Origin: the human T2T-CHM13v2.0 reference genome, Homo sapiens
Reading direction: 5' to 3' (one strand)
Assembly: GCF_009914755.1 (NCBI RefSeq)
Contig: NC_060934.1
DNA length: 64,000 bases
The notes under the pieces were generated by a model. The model saw only the letters and a list, made by a program, of their open reading frames with translations. It was not told the origin of the DNA and ran no database searches. Positions 39,701 to 54,300 of this stretch are shown here, piece after piece (positions within the stretch are counted from its first letter, which is position 1; every line of letters starts with the position of its first letter). Both the position numbers and the translations under genes were made by a program.

Positions 39701-41489
39701 AAAGACTCTGTCTGTAAAGTCTGCAAGTGATTAGTTAGACCCCTTTGACGCCTTCGTTGGAAGCGGGATTTCTCATTTACTGCTTGACAGAAGAATTCTC
39801 AGTAAATCCTTTGTGTTGTGTGTATTCAACTCACAGAGTGGAACCTTCCTTTATTCAGAGCAGTTTTGAAAAACCCTTTTTGTGGAATTTCCAAGTGGAG
39901 ATTTCAAGCGATTAGACGCCAATCTTAGACATGGAAATATCTTCATATTAAAAGTACACAGAGTCATTCGTAGAAACTAGTTTGTGATGTGTGCCTTCAA
40001 CTCACAGAGTTTAACCTTTCTTTTCATAGAGCAGTTTGGAAACACTCTATTTGTAAAGTCTGCAAGTGGATATTTGGACCTCTTTGAGGCCTTCGTTGGA
40101 AACGGGATTTCTTCATACAACGCTAGACAGAAGAATTCTCAGTAACTTCTTTGTGTTGTGTGTATTCAACTCACAGAGTTGAACCTTTCTTTAGAGAGAG
40201 CAGAGTTGAAACACTCTGTTTTTGGAATTTGCAAGTGCAGATTTCAAGCGCTTCTAGGCCTATGGCAGAAAAGGAAATATCTTCGTATAAAAACTACACA
40301 GAATCATTCTCAACAACTACTTTGTGATGTGTGCGTTCAACTCACAAAGTTTAACCTTTCTTTTCATAGAGCAGTTTGGAAACACTCTGTTTGTAAAGCC
40401 TGCAAGTGCTTTTTTGGACTTCATTGAGGCCTTCGTTGGAAACGGGATTTCTTCATATAATGCTAGACAGAAGAATTCTCAGTCACTTCTTTGTGTTGTG
40501 TGTATTCAAGTCACAGAGTTGAACCTTCCTTTAGACAGAGCAGTTTTGAAAAATTCTTTCTGTGTAATTTGCAAGTGGAGATTTCAAGCGATTTGAGGCT
40601 AATCTTTGAAATGGAAATATCTTCGTGTAAAAACTGCACAGAATCATTCTCAGAAACTGCTTTGTCATCTGTGCGTTCAGTTCACAGAGTTTCACCTTTC
40701 TCTTCATAGAGCAGTTTGGAAAGACTCTGTCTGTAAAGTCTGCAAGTGATTAGTTAGAACCCTTTGAGGCCTTCGTTGGAAGCGGGATTTCTCATTTACT
40801 GCTAGACAGAAGAATTCTCAGTAAATCCTTTGTGTTGTGTGTATTCAACTCACAGAGTGGAACCTTCCTTTATTCAGAGCAGTTTTGAAACACTCTTTTT
40901 GTGGAATTTGCAAGTGGAGATTTCAAGCGATTTGATGCCAATCTTAGACATGGAAATATCTTCATATTAAAAGTACGCAGAGTCATTCGTAGAAACTAGT
41001 TTGTGATGTGTGCCTTCAACTCACAGAGTTTAACCTTTCTTTTAATAGAGCAGTTGGGAAACACTCTATTTGTAAAGTCTGCAAGTGGATACTTGGACCT
41101 CTTTGAGGCCTTCGTTGGAAACGGGATTTCTTCATATAACACTAGACAGAAGAATTCTCAGTAACTTCTTTGGGTTGTGTGTATTCAACTCACAGAGTTG
41201 AACCTTTCTTTAGAGGGAGCAGAGGTGAAACACTCTTTTTGTGGAATTTGCTAGTGTAGATTTCAAACGCTTCGAAGACAGTGATAGAAAAGGATATATC
41301 TTCGTATTAAAAGTAGACAAAATCATTCTCAGAAAACTCTTTGTGATGTGTGTGTTCAACTCACAGAGTTTAACCTTTCTTTAATCGAGCAGTTTGGAAA
41401 TACACTCTTTGTAAGTCTGCAGGTGGATATTTGGCCCTCTTTGAGCCCTTCGTTGGAAACGGGATTTCCTCATATAATGCTAGACAGAA
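36738..41489 (+). repeat. Tandem duplication of a 14-mer (2376-bp offset)
   Basis: Both copies share gcgcttttag, tttaaact, catgtaat, aattgttt, agaagcatt, ttgacgcc, gcttgac, aaaaaccc, tttccaag, cacaaag, aactgcac, ggatactt and tttgggtt. Confidence 0.93.
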
Positions 41490-44203
41490 GAATTCTCAGT
41501 AACTTCTTTGTGTTGTTTGTATTCAACACACAGATTTGAACCTTCCTTTAGAGAGAGCAGATTTGAAACATTCTGTTCTTGGAATTTGCAAGTGCAGATT
41601 TCAAGCGCTTCTAGGCCTATGGCAGAAAAGGAAATATCTTCGTATAAAAACTACACAGAATCATTCTCAACAACTACTTTGTGATGTGTGCGTTCAACTC
41701 ACAGAGTTTAACCTTTCTTTTCATAGAGCAGTTTGGAAACACTCTGTTTGTAAAGCCTGCAAGTGTTTTTTGGACTTCATTGAGGCCTTCGTTGGAAACG
41801 GGATTTCTTCTTACAACGCTAGACAGAAGAATTCTCAGTAACTTCTTTGTGTTGTGTGTATTCAACTCACAGAGTTGAACCTTACTTTAGAGAGAACAGA
41901 GTTGAAACACTCTGTTTTTGGAATTTGCAAGTGCAGATTTCAAGCGATTCTAGCCCTATGGCAGAAAAGAAATATCTTCGTATAAAAACTACACAGAATC
42001 ATTCTCAACAACTACTTTGTGATGTGTGCGTTCAACTCACAGAGTTTAACCTTTCTTTTCATAGAGCAGTTTGGAAACACTCTGTTTGTAAAGCCTGCAA
42101 GTGCTTTTTTGGACTTCATTGAGGCCTTCGTTGGAAACGGGATTTCTTCATATAATGCTAGACAGAAGAATTCTCAGTCACTTCTTTGTGTTGTGTGTAT
42201 TCAAGTAACAGAGTTGAACCTTCCTTTAGACAGAGCAGTTTTGAAAAATTCTTTCTGTCGAATTTGCAAGTGGAGATTTCAAGCGATTTGAGGCTAATCT
42301 TTGAAATGGAAATATCTTCGTGTAAAAACTACACAGAATCATTCTCAGAAACTGCTTTGTCATCTGTGCGTTCAGTTCACAGAGTTTCACCTTTCTCTTC
42401 ATAGAGCAGTTTGGAAAGACTCTGTCTGTAAAGTCTGCAAGTGATTAGTTAGACCCCTTTGAGGCCTTCGTTGGAAGTGGGATTTCTCATTTACTGCTAG
42501 ACAGAAGAATTCTCAGTAAATCCTTTGTGTTGTGTGTATTCAACTCACAGAGTGGAACCTTCCTTTTTTCAGAGCAGTTTTGAAACACTCTTTTTGTGGA
42601 ATTTGCAAGTGGAGATTTCAAGCGATTTGACGCCAATCTTAGACATGGAAATATCTTCATATTAAAAGTACACAGAGTCATTCGTAGAAACTAGTTTGTG
42701 ATGTGTGCCTTCAAATCACAGAGTTTAACCTTTCTTTTCATAGAGCAGTTGGGAAACACTCTATTTGTAAAGTCTGCAAGTGGATATTTGGACCTCTTTG
42801 AGGCCTTCGTTGGAAACGGGATTTCTTCATATAACGCTAGACAGAAGAATTCTCAGTAACTTCTTTGTGTTGTGTGTATTCAACTCACAGAGTTGAACCT
42901 TTCTTTATAGGGAGCAGAGGTGAAACAGTCTTTTTGTGGAATTTGCTAGTGTAGATTTCAAACGCTTCGAAGTCAGTGATAGAAAAGGATATATCTTCGT
43001 AGTAAAAGTCGACAAAATCATTCTCAGAAAACTCTTTGTGATGTGTGTGTTCAACTCACAGAGTTTAACCTTTCTTTAATCGAGCAGTTTGGAAATACAC
43101 TCTTTGTAAGTCTGCAGGTGGATATTTGGCCCTCTTTGAGCCCTTCTTTGGAAACGGGATTTCCTCTTATAATGCTAGACAGAAGAATTCTCAGTAACTT
43201 CTCTGTGTTGTTTGTATTCAACACACAGATTTGAACCTTCCTTTAGAGAGAGCAGATTTGAAACACTCTGTTTTTGGAATTTGCAAGTGCAGATTTCAAG
43301 CGCTTTTAGGCCTATGGCAGAAAAGGAAATATCTTCGTATAAAAACTACACAGAATCATTCTCAACAACTACTTTGTGATGTGTGCGTTCAACTCACAGA
43401 GTTTAAACTTTCTTTTCATAGAGCAGTTTGGAAACACTCTGTTTGTAAAGCCTGCAAGTGCTTTTTTGGACTTCATTGAGGCCTTCGTTGGAAACGGGAT
43501 TTCTTCATGTAATGCTAGACAGAAGAATTCTCAGTCACTTCTTTGTGTTGTGTGTATTCAAGTCACAGAGTTGAACCTTCCTTTAGACAGAGCAGTTTTG
43601 AAAAATTGTTTCTGTGGAGTTTGCAAGTGGAGATTTCAAGCGATTTGAGGCTAATCTTTGAAATGGAAATATCTTCGTGTAAAAACTACACAGAAGCATT
43701 CTCAGAAACTGCTTTGTCATCTGTGCGTTCAGTTCACAGAGTTTCACCTTTCTCTTCATAGAGCAGTTTGGAAAGACTCTGTCTGTAAAGTCTGCAAGTG
43801 ATTAGTTAGACCCCTTTGACGCCTTCGTTGGAAGCGGGATTTCTCATTTACTGCTTGACAGAAGAATTCTCAGTAAATCCTTTGTGTTGTGTGTATTCAA
43901 CTCACAGAGTGGAACCTTCTTTTATTCAGAGCAGTTTTGAAACACTCTTTTTGTGGAATTTCCAAGTGGAGATTTCAAGCGATTTGACGCCAATCTTAGA
44001 CATGGAAATATCTTCATATTAAAAGTACACAGAGTCATTCGTAGAAACTAGTTTGTGATGTGTGCCTTCAACTCACAGAGTTTAACCTTTCTTTTCATAG
44101 AGCAGTTTGGAAACACTCTATTTGTAAAGTCTGCAAGTGGATATTTGGACCTCTTTGAGGCCTTCGTTGGAAACGGGATTTCTTCATACAACGCTAGACA
44201 GAA

Positions 44204-47200
44204 GAATTCTCAGTAACTTCTTTGTGTTGTGTGTATTCAACTCACAGAGTTGAACCTTTCTTTAGAGAGAGCAGAGTTGAAACACTCTGTTTTTGGAATT
44301 TGCAACTGCAGATTTCAAGCGATTCTAGGCCTATGGCAGAAAAGGAAATATCTTCGTATAAAAACTACACAGAATCATTCTCAACAACTACTTTGTGATG
44401 TGTGCGTTCAACTCACAGAGTTTAACCTTTCTTTTCATAGAGCAGTTTGGAAACACTCTGTTTGTAAAGCCTGCAAGTGCTTTTTTGGACTTCATTGAGG
44501 CCTTCGTTGGAAACGGGATTTCTTCATGTAATGCTAGACAGAAGAATTCTCAGTCACTTCTTTGTGTTGTGTGTATTCAAGTCACAGAGTTGAACCTTCC
44601 TTTAGACAGAGCAGTTTTGAAAAATTCTTTCTGTGGAGTTTGCAAGTGGAGATTTCAAGCGATTTGAGGCTAATCTTTGAAATGGAAATATCTTCGTGTA
44701 AAAACTACACAGAATCATTCTCAGAAACTGCTTTGTCATCTGTGCGTTCAGTTCACAGAGTTTCACCTTTCTCTTCATAGAGCAGTTTGGAAAGACTCTG
44801 TCTGTAAAGTCTGCAAGTGATTAGTTAGACCCCTTTGAGGCCTTCGTTGGAAGCGGGATTTCTCATTTACTGCTAGACAGAAGAATTCTCAGTAAATCCT
44901 TTGTGTTGTGTGTATTCAACTCACAGAGTGGAACCTTCCTTTATTCAGAGCAGTTTTGAAACACTCTTTTTGTGGAATTTGCAAGTGGAGATTTCAAGCG
45001 ATTTGACGCCAATCTTAGACATGGAAATATCTTCATATTAAAAGTACACAGAGTCATTCGTAGAAACTAGTTTGTGATGTGTGCCTTCAACTCACAGAGT
45101 TTAACCTTTCTTTTCATAGAGCAGTTGGGAAACACTCTATTTGTAAAGTCTGCAAGTGGATATTTGGACCTCTTTGAGGCCTTCGTTGGAAACGGGATTT
45201 CTTCATATAACGCTAGACAGAAGAATTCTCAGTAACTTCTTTGTGTTGTGTGTATTCAACTCACAGAGTTGAACCTTTCTTTAGAGGGAGCAGAGGTGAA
45301 ACACTCTTTTTCTGGAATTTGCTAGTGTAGATTTCAAACGCTTCGAAGACAGTGATAGAGAAGGATATATCTTCGTATTAAAAGTAGACAAAATCATTCT
45401 CAGAAAACTCTTTGTGATGTGTGTGTTCAACTCACAGAGTTTAACCTTTCTTTAATCGAGCAGTTTGGAAATACACTCTTTGTAAGTCTGCAGGTGGATA
45501 TTTGGCCCTCTTTGAGCCCTTCGTTGGAAACGGGATTTCCTCATATAATGCTAGACAGAAAAATTCTCAGTAACTTCTTTGTGTTGTTTGTATTCAACAC
45601 ACAGATTTGAACCTTCCTTTAGAGAGAGCAGATTTGAAACACTCTGTTTTTGGAATTTGCAAGTGCAGATTTCAAGCGCTTCTAGGCCTATGGCAGAAAA
45701 GGAAATATCTTCGTATAAAAACTACACAGAATCATTCTCAACAACTACTTTGTGATGTGTGCGTTCAACTCACAGAGTTTAACCTTTCTTTTCATAGAGC
45801 AGTTTGGAAACACTCTGTTTGTAAAGCCTGCAAGTGCTTTTTTGGACTTCATTGAGGCCTTCGTTGGAAACGGGATTTCTTCATATAATGCTAGACAGAA
45901 GAATTCTCAGTCACTTCTTTGTGTTGTGTGTATTCAAGTCACAGAGTTGAACCTTCCTTTAGACAGAGCAGTTTTGAAAAATTCTTTCTGTGGAGTTTGC
46001 AAGTGGAGATTTCAAGCGATTTGAGGCTAATCTTTGAAATGGAAATATCTTCGTGTAAAAACTACACAGAATCATTCTCAGAAACTGCTTTGTCATCTGT
46101 GCGTTCAGTTCACAGAGTTTCACCTTTCTCTTCATAGAGCAGTTTGGAAAGACTCTGTCTGTAAAGTCTGCAAGTGATTAGTTAGACCCCTTTGAGGCCT
46201 TCGTTGGAAGCGGGATTTCTCATTTACTGCTAGACAGAAGAATTCTCAGTAAATCCTTTGTGTTGTGTGTATTCAACTCACAGAGTGGAACCTTCCTTTA
46301 TTCAGAGCAGTTTTGAAAAACACTTTTTGTGGAATTTGCAAGTGGAGATTTCAAGCGATTTGACGCCAATCTTAGACATGGAAATATCTTCATATTAAAA
46401 GTACACAGAGTCATTCGTAGAAACTAGTTTGTGATGTGTGCCTTCAACTCACAGAGTTTAACCTTTCTTTTCATAGAGCAGTTTGGAAACACTCTATTTG
46501 TAAAGTCTGCAAGTGGATATTTGGACCTCTTTGAGGCCTTCGTTGGAAACGGGATATCTTCATACAACGCTAGACAGAAGAATTCTCAGTAACTTCTTTG
46601 TGTTGTGTGTATTCAACTCACAGAGTTGAACCTTTCTTTAGAGAGAGCAGAGTTGAAACACTCTGTTTTTGGAATTTGCAAGTGCAGATTTCAAGCGATT
46701 CTAGGCCTATGGCAGAAAAGGAAATATCTTCGTATAAAAACTACACAGAATCATTCTCAACAACTACTTTGTGATGTGTGCGTTCAACTCACAGAGTTTA
46801 ACCTTTCTTTTCATAGAGCAGTTTGGAAACACTCTGTTTGTAAAGCCTGCAAGTGCTTTTTTGGACTTCATTGAGGCCTTCGTTGGAAACGGGATTTCTT
46901 CATATAATGCTAGACAGAAGAATTCTCAGTCACTTCTTTGTGTTGTGTGTATTCAAGTCACAGAGTTGAACCTTCCTTTAGACAGAGCAGTTTTGAAAAA
47001 TTCTTTCTGTGTAATTTGCAAGTGGAGATTTCAAGCGATTTGAGGCTAATCTTTGAAATGGAAATATCTTCGTGTAAAAACTACACAGAATCATTCTCAG
47101 AAACTGCTTTGTCATCTGTGCGTTCAGTTCACAGAGTTTCACCTTTCTCTTCATAGAGCAGTTTGGAAAGACTCTGTCTGTAAAGTCTGCAAGTGATTAG

Positions 47201-50200
47201 TTAGACCCCTTTGAGGCCTTCGTTGGAAGCGGGATTTCTCATTTACTGCTAGACAGAAGAATTCTCAGTCAATCCTTTGTGTTGTGTGTATTCAACTCAC
47301 AGAGTGGAACCTTCCTTTATTCAGAGCAGTTTTGAAAAACACTTTTTGTGGAATTTGCAAGTGGAGATTTCAAGCGATTTGACGCCAAACTTAGACATGG
47401 AAATGTCTTCATATTAAAAGTACACAGAGTCATTCGTAGAAACTAGTTTGTGATGTGTGCCTTCAACTCACAGAGTTTAACCTTTCTTTTCATAGAGCAG
47501 TTTGGAAACACTCTATTTGTAAAGTCTGCAAGTGGATATTTGGACCTCTTTGAGGCCTTCGTTGGAAACGGGATTTCTTCATACAACGCTAGACAGAAGA
47601 ATTCTCAGTAACTTCTTTGTGTTGTGTGTATTCAACTCACAGAGTTGAACCTTTCTTTAGAGAGAGCAGAGTTGAAACACTCTGTTTTTGGAATTTGCAA
47701 CTGCAGATTTCAAGCGATTCTAGGCCTATGGCAGAAAAGGAAATATCTTCGTATAAAAACTACACAGAATCATTCTCAACAACTACTTTGTGATGTGTGC
47801 GTTCAACTCACAGAGTTTAACCTTTCTTTTCATAGAGCAGTTTGGAAACACTCTGTTTGTAAAGCCTGCAAGTGCTTTTTTGGACTTCATTGAGGCCTTC
47901 GTTGGAAACGGGATTTCTTCATGTAATGCTAGACAGAAGAATTCTCAGTCACTTCTTTGTGTTGTGTGTATTCAAGTCACAGAGTTGAACCTTCCTTTAG
48001 ACAGAGCAGTTTTGAAAAATTCTTTCTGTGGAGTTTGCAAGTGGAGATTTCAAGCGATTTGAGGCTAATCTTTGAAATGGAAATATCTTCGTGTAAAAAC
48101 TACACAGAATCATTCTCAGAAACTGCTTTGTCATCTGTGCGTTCAGTTCACAGAGTTTCACCTTTCTCTTCATAGAGCAGTTTGGAAAGACTCTGTCTGT
48201 AAAGTCTGCAAGTGATTAGTTAGACCCCTTTGAGGCCTTCGTTGGAAGCGGGATTTCTCATTTACTGCTAGACAGAAGAATTCTCAGTAAATACTTTGTG
48301 TTGTGTGTATTCAACTCACAGAGTGGAACCTTCCTTTATTCAGAGCAGTTTTGAAACACTCTTTTTGTGGAATTTGCAAGTGGAGATTTCAAGCGATTTG
48401 ACGCCAATCTTAGACATGGAAATATCTTCATATTAAAAGTACACAGAGTCATTCGTAGAAACTAGTTTGTGATGTGTAACTTCAACTCACAGAGTTTAAC
48501 CTTTCTTTTCATAGAGCAGTTGGGAAACACTCTATTTGTAAAGTCTGCAAGTGGATATTTGGACCTCTTTGAGGCCTTCGTTGGAAACGGGATTTCTTCA
48601 TATAACGCTAGACAGAAGAATTCTCAGTAACTTCTTTGTGTTGTGTGTATTCAACTCACAGAGTTGAACCTTTCTTTAGAGGGAGCAGAGGTGAAACACT
48701 CTTTTTCTGGAATTTGCTAGTGTAGATTTCAAACGCTTCGAAGACAGTGATAGAGAAGGATATATCTTCGTATTAAAAGTAGACAAAATCATTCTCAGAA
48801 AACTCTTTGTGATGTGTGTGTTCAACTCACAGAGTTTAACCTTTCTTTAATCGAGCAGTTTGGAAATACACTCTTTGTAAGTCTGCAGGTGGATATTTGG
48901 CCCTCTTTGAGCCCTTCGTTGGAAACGGGATTTCCTCATATAATGCTAGACAGAAAAATTCTCAGTAACTTCTTTGTGTTGTTTGTATTCAACACACAGA
49001 TTTGAACCTTCCTTTAGAGAGAGCAGATTTGAAACACTCTGTTTTTGGAATTTGCAAGTGCAGATTTCAAGCGCTTCTAGGCCTATGGCAGAAAAGGAAA
49101 TATCTTCGTATAAAAACTACACAGAATCATTCTCAACAACTACTTTGTGATGTGTGCGTTCAACTCACAGAGTTTAACCTTTCTTTTCATAGAGCAGTTT
49201 GGAAACACTCTGTTTGTAAAGCCTGCAAGTGCTTTTTTGGACTTCATTGAGGCCTTCGTTGGAAACGGGATTTCTTCATATAATGCTAGACAGAAGAATT
49301 CTCAGTCACTTCTTTGTGTTGTGTGTATTCAAGTCACAGAGTTGAACCTTCCTTTAGACAGAGCAGTTTTGAAAAATTCTTTCTGTGGAGTTTGCAAGTG
49401 GAGATTTCAAGCGATTTGAGGCTAATCTTTGAAATGGAAATATCTTCGTGTAAAAACTACACAGAATCATTCTCAGAAACTGCTTTGTCATCTGTGCGTT
49501 CAGTTCACAGAGTTTCACCTTTCTCTTCATAGAGCAGTTTGGAAAGACTCTGTCTGTAAAGTCTGCAAGTGATTAGTTAGACCCCTTTGAGGCCTTCGTT
49601 GGAAGCGGGATTTCTCATTTACTGCTAGACAGAAGAATTCTCAGTAAATCCTTTGTGTTGTGTGTATTCAACTCACAGAGTGGAACCTTCCTTTATTCAG
49701 AGCAGTTTTGAAAAACACTTTTTGTGGAATTTGCAAGTGGAGATTTCAAGCGATTTGACGCCAATCTTAGACATGGAAATATCTTCATATTAAAAGTACA
49801 CAGAGTCATTCGTAGAAACTAGTTTGTGATGTGTGCCTTCAACTCACAGAGTTTAACCTTTCTTTTCATAGAGCAGTTTGGAAACACTCTATTTGTAAAG
49901 TCTGCAAGTGGATATTTGGACCTCTTTGAGGCCTTCGTTGGAAACGGGATATCTTCATACAACGCTAGACAGAAGAATTCTCAGTAACTTCTTTGTGTTG
50001 TGTGTATTCAACTCACAGAGTTGAACCTTTCTTTAGAGAGAGCAGAGTTGAAACACTCTGTTTTTGGAATTTGCAAGTGCAGATTTCAAGCGATTCTAGG
50101 CCTATGGCAGAAAAGGAAATATCTTCGTATAAAAACTACACAGAATCATTCTCAACAACTACTTTGTGATGTGTGCGTTCAACTCACAGAGTTTAACCTT

Positions 50201-50993
50201 TCTTTTCATAGAGCAGTTTGGAAACACTCTGTTTGTAAAGCCTGCAAGTGCTTTTTTGGACTTCATTGAGGCCTTCGTTGGAAACGGGATTTCTTCATAT
50301 AATGCTAGACAGAAGAATTCTCAGTCAGTTCTTCGTGTTGTGTGTATTCAAGTCACAGAGTTGAACCTTCCTTTAGACAGAGCAGTTTTGAAAAATTCTT
50401 TCTGTGTAATTTGCAAGTGGAGATTTCAAGCGATTTGAGGCTAATCTTTGAAATGGAAATATCTTCGTGTAAAAACTACACAGAATCATTCTCAGAAACT
50501 GCTTTGTCATCTGTGCGTTCAGTTCACAGAGTTTCACCTTTCTCTTCATAGAGCAGTTTGGAAAGACTCTGTCTGTAAAGTCTGCAAGTGATTAGTTAGA
50601 CCCCTTTGAGGCCTTCGTTGGAAGCGGGATTTCTCATTTACTGCTAGACAGAAGAATTCTCAGTCAATCCTTTGTGTTGTGTGTATTCAACTCACAGAGT
50701 GGAACCTTCCTTTATTCAGAGCAGTTTTGAAAAACACTTTTTGTGGAATTTGCAAGTGGAGATTTCAAGCGATTTGACGCCAATCTTAGACATGGAAATA
50801 TCTTCATATTAAAAGTACACAGAGTCATTCGTAGAAACTAGTTTGTGATGTGTGCCTTCAACTCACAGAGTTTAACCTTTCTTTTCATAGAGCAGTTGGG
50901 AAACACTCTATTTGTAAAGTCTGCAAGTGGATATTTGGACCTCTTTGAGGCCTTCGTTGGAAACGGGATTTCTTCATACAACGCTAGACAGAA
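44204..50993 (+). repeat. Tandem duplication of a 3395-bp (20-monomer) unit
   Basis: Markers paired at 3395 bp: gcaactgca, catgtaat, ttttctgg, gatagagaagg, lost EcoRI AAATTC (45561/48956), gggatatctt and cagtcaatcc. Confidence 0.93.
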
Positions 50994-51333
50994 GAATTCT
51001 CAGTAACTTCTTTGTGTTGTGTGTATTCAACTCACAGAGTTGAACCTTTCTTTAGAGAGAGCAGAGTTGAAACACTCTGTTTTTGGAATTTGCAAGTGCA
51101 GATTTCAAGCGATTCTAGGCCTATGGCAGAAAAGGAAATATCTTCGTATAAAAACTACACAGAATCATTCTCAACAACTACTTTGTGATGTGTGCGTTCA
51201 ACTCACAGAGTTTAACCTTTCTTTTCATAGTGCAGTTTGGAAACACTCTGTTTGTAAAGCCTGCAAGTGCTTTTTTGGACTTCATTGAGGCCTTCGTTGG
51301 AAACGGGATTTCTTCATATAATGCTAGACAGAA

Positions 51334-54300
51334 GAATTCTCAGTCACTTCTTTGTGTTGTGTGTATTCAACTCACAGAGTTGAACCTTCCTTTAGACAGA
51401 GCAGTTTTGAAAAATTCTTTCTGTGTAATTTGCAAGTGGAGATTTCAAGCGATTTGAGGCTAATCTTTGAAATGGAAATATCTTCGTGTAAAAACTACAC
51501 AGAATCATTCTCAGAAACTGCTTTGTCATCTGTGCGTTCAGTTCACAGAGTTTCACCTTTCTCTTCATAGAGCAGTTTGGAAAGACTCTGTCTGTAAAGT
51601 CCGCAAGTGATTAGTTAGACCCCTTTGAGGCCTTCGTTGGAAGCGGGATTTCTCATTTACTGCTAGACAGAAGAATTCTCAGTAAATCCTTTGTGTTGTG
51701 TGTATTCAACTCACAGAGTGGAACCTTCCTTTATTCAGAGCAGTTTTGAAACACTCTTTTTGTGGAATTTGCAAGTGGAGATTTCAAGCGATTTGACGCC
51801 AATCTTAGACATGGAAATATCTTCATATTAAAAGTACACAGAGTCATTCGTAGAAACTAGTTTGTGATGTGTGCCTTCAACTCACAGAGTTTAACCTTTC
51901 TTTTCATAGAGCAGTTGGGAAACACTCTATTTGTAAAGTCTGCAAGTGGATATTTGGACCTCTTTGAGGCCTTCGTTGGAAACGGGATTTCTTCATATAA
52001 CGCTAGACAGAAGAATTCTCAGTAACTTCTTTGTGTTGTGTGTATTCAACTCACAGAGTTGAACCTTTCTTTAGAGGGAGCAGAGGTGAAACACTCTTTT
52101 TGTGGAATTTGCTAGTGTAGATTTCAAACGCTTCGAAGACAGTGATAGAAAAGGATATATCTTCGTATTAAAAGTAGACAAAATCATTCTCAGAAAACTC
52201 TTTGTGATGTGTGTGTTCAACTCACAGAGTTTAACCTTTCTTTAATCGAGCAGTTTGGAAATACACTCTTTGTAAGTCTGCAGGTGGATATTTGGCCCTC
52301 TTTGAGCCCTTCGTTGGAAACGGGATTTCCTCATATAATGCTAGACAGAAGAATTCTCAGTAACTTCTTTGTGTTGTTTGTATTCAACACACAGATTTGA
52401 ACCTTCCTTTAGAGAGAGCAGATTTGAAACACTCTGTTTTTGGAATTTGCAAGTGCAGATTTCAAGCGCTTCTAGGCCTATGGCAGAAAAGGAAATAACT
52501 TCGTATAAAAACTACACAGAATCATTCTCAACAACTACTTTGTGATGTGTGCGTTCAACTCACAGAGTTTAACCTTTCTTTTCATAGAGCAGTTTGGAAA
52601 CACTCTGTTTGTAAAGCCTGCAAGTGCTTTTTTGGACTTCATTGAGGCCTTCGTTGGAAACGGGATTTCTTCATATAATGCTAGACAGAAGAATTCTCAG
52701 TCACTTCTTTGTGTTGTGTGTATTCAAGTCACAGAGTTGAACCTTCCTTTAGACAGAGCAGTTTTGAAAAATTCTTTCTGTGGAGTTTGCAAGTGGAGAT
52801 TTCAAGCGATTTGAGGCTAATCTTTGAAATGGAAATATCTTCGTGTAAAAACTACACAGAATCATTCTCAGAAACTGCTTTGTCATCTGTGCGTTCAGTT
52901 CACAGAGTTTCACCTTTCTCTTCATAGAGCAGTTTGAAAAGACTCTGTCTGTAAAGTCTGCAAGTGATTAGTTAGACCCCTTTGAGGCCTTCGTTGGAAG
53001 CGGGATTTCTCATTTACTGCTAGACAGAAGAATTCTCAGTAAATCCTTTGTGTTGTGTGTATTCAACTCACAGAGTGGAACCTTCCTTTATTCAGAGCAG
53101 TTTTGAAAAACACTTTTTGTGGAATTTGCAAGTGGAGATTTCAAGCGATTTGACGCCAATCTTAGACATGGAAATATCTTCATATTAAAAGTACACAGAG
53201 TCATTCGTAGAAACTAGTTTGTGATGTGTGCCTTCAACTCACAGAGTTTAACCTTTCTTTTCATAGAGCAGTTTGGAAACACTCTATTTGTAAAGTCTGC
53301 AAGTGGATATTTGGACCTCTTTGAGGCCTTCGTTGGAAACGGGATTTCTTCATACAACGCTAGACAGAAGAATTCTCAGTAACTTCTTTGTGTTGTGTGT
53401 ATTCAACTCACAGGGTTGAACCTTTCTTTAGAGAGAGCAGAGTTGAAACACTCTGTTTTTGGAATTTGCAAGTGCAGATTTCAAGCGATTCTAGGCCTAT
53501 GGCAGAAAAGGAAATATCTTCGTATAAAAACTACACAGAATCATTCTCAACAACTACTTTGTGATGTGTGCGTTCAACTCACAGAGTTTAACCTTTCTTT
53601 TCATAGAGCAGTTTGGAAACACTCTGTTTGTAAAGCCTGCAAGTGCTTTTTTGGACTTCATTGAGGCCTTCGTTGGAAACGGGATTTCTTCATATAATGC
53701 TAGACAGAAGAATTCTCAGTCACTTCTTTGTGTTGTGTGTATTCAAGTCACAGAGTTGAACCTTCCTTTAGACAGAGCAGTTTTGAAAAATTCTTTCTGT
53801 GTAATTTGCAAGTGGAGATTTCAAGCGATTTGAGGCTAATCTTTGAAATGGAAATATCTTCGTGTAAAAACTACACAGAATCATTCTCAGAAACTGCTTT
53901 GTCATCTGTGCGTTCAGTTCACAGAGTTTCACCTTTCTCTTCATAGAGCAGTTTGGAAAGACTCTGTCTGTAAAGTCTGCAAGTGATTAGTTAGAACCCT
54001 TTGAGGCCTTCGTTGGAAGCGGGATTTCTCATTTACTGCTAGACAGAAGAATTCTCAGTAAATCCTTTGTGTTGTGTGTATTCAACTCACAGAGTGGAAC
54101 CTTCCTTTATTCAGAGCAGTTTTGAAACACTCTTTTTGTGGAATTTGCAAGTGGAGATTTCAAGCGATTTGACGCCAATCTTAGACATGGAAATATCTTC
54201 ATATTAAAAGTACACAGAGTCATTCGTAGAAACTAGTTTGTGATGTGTGCCTTCAACTCACAGAGTTTAACCTTTCTTTTCATAGAGCAGTTGGGAAACA

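Noticed and set aside
29118-42681. Minus-strand ORFs suggesting an inversion or antisense gene
   Set aside because: They result from single-base deletions or substitutions in ordinary dimers. CENP-B boxes stay on the + strand throughout, so there is no inversion.
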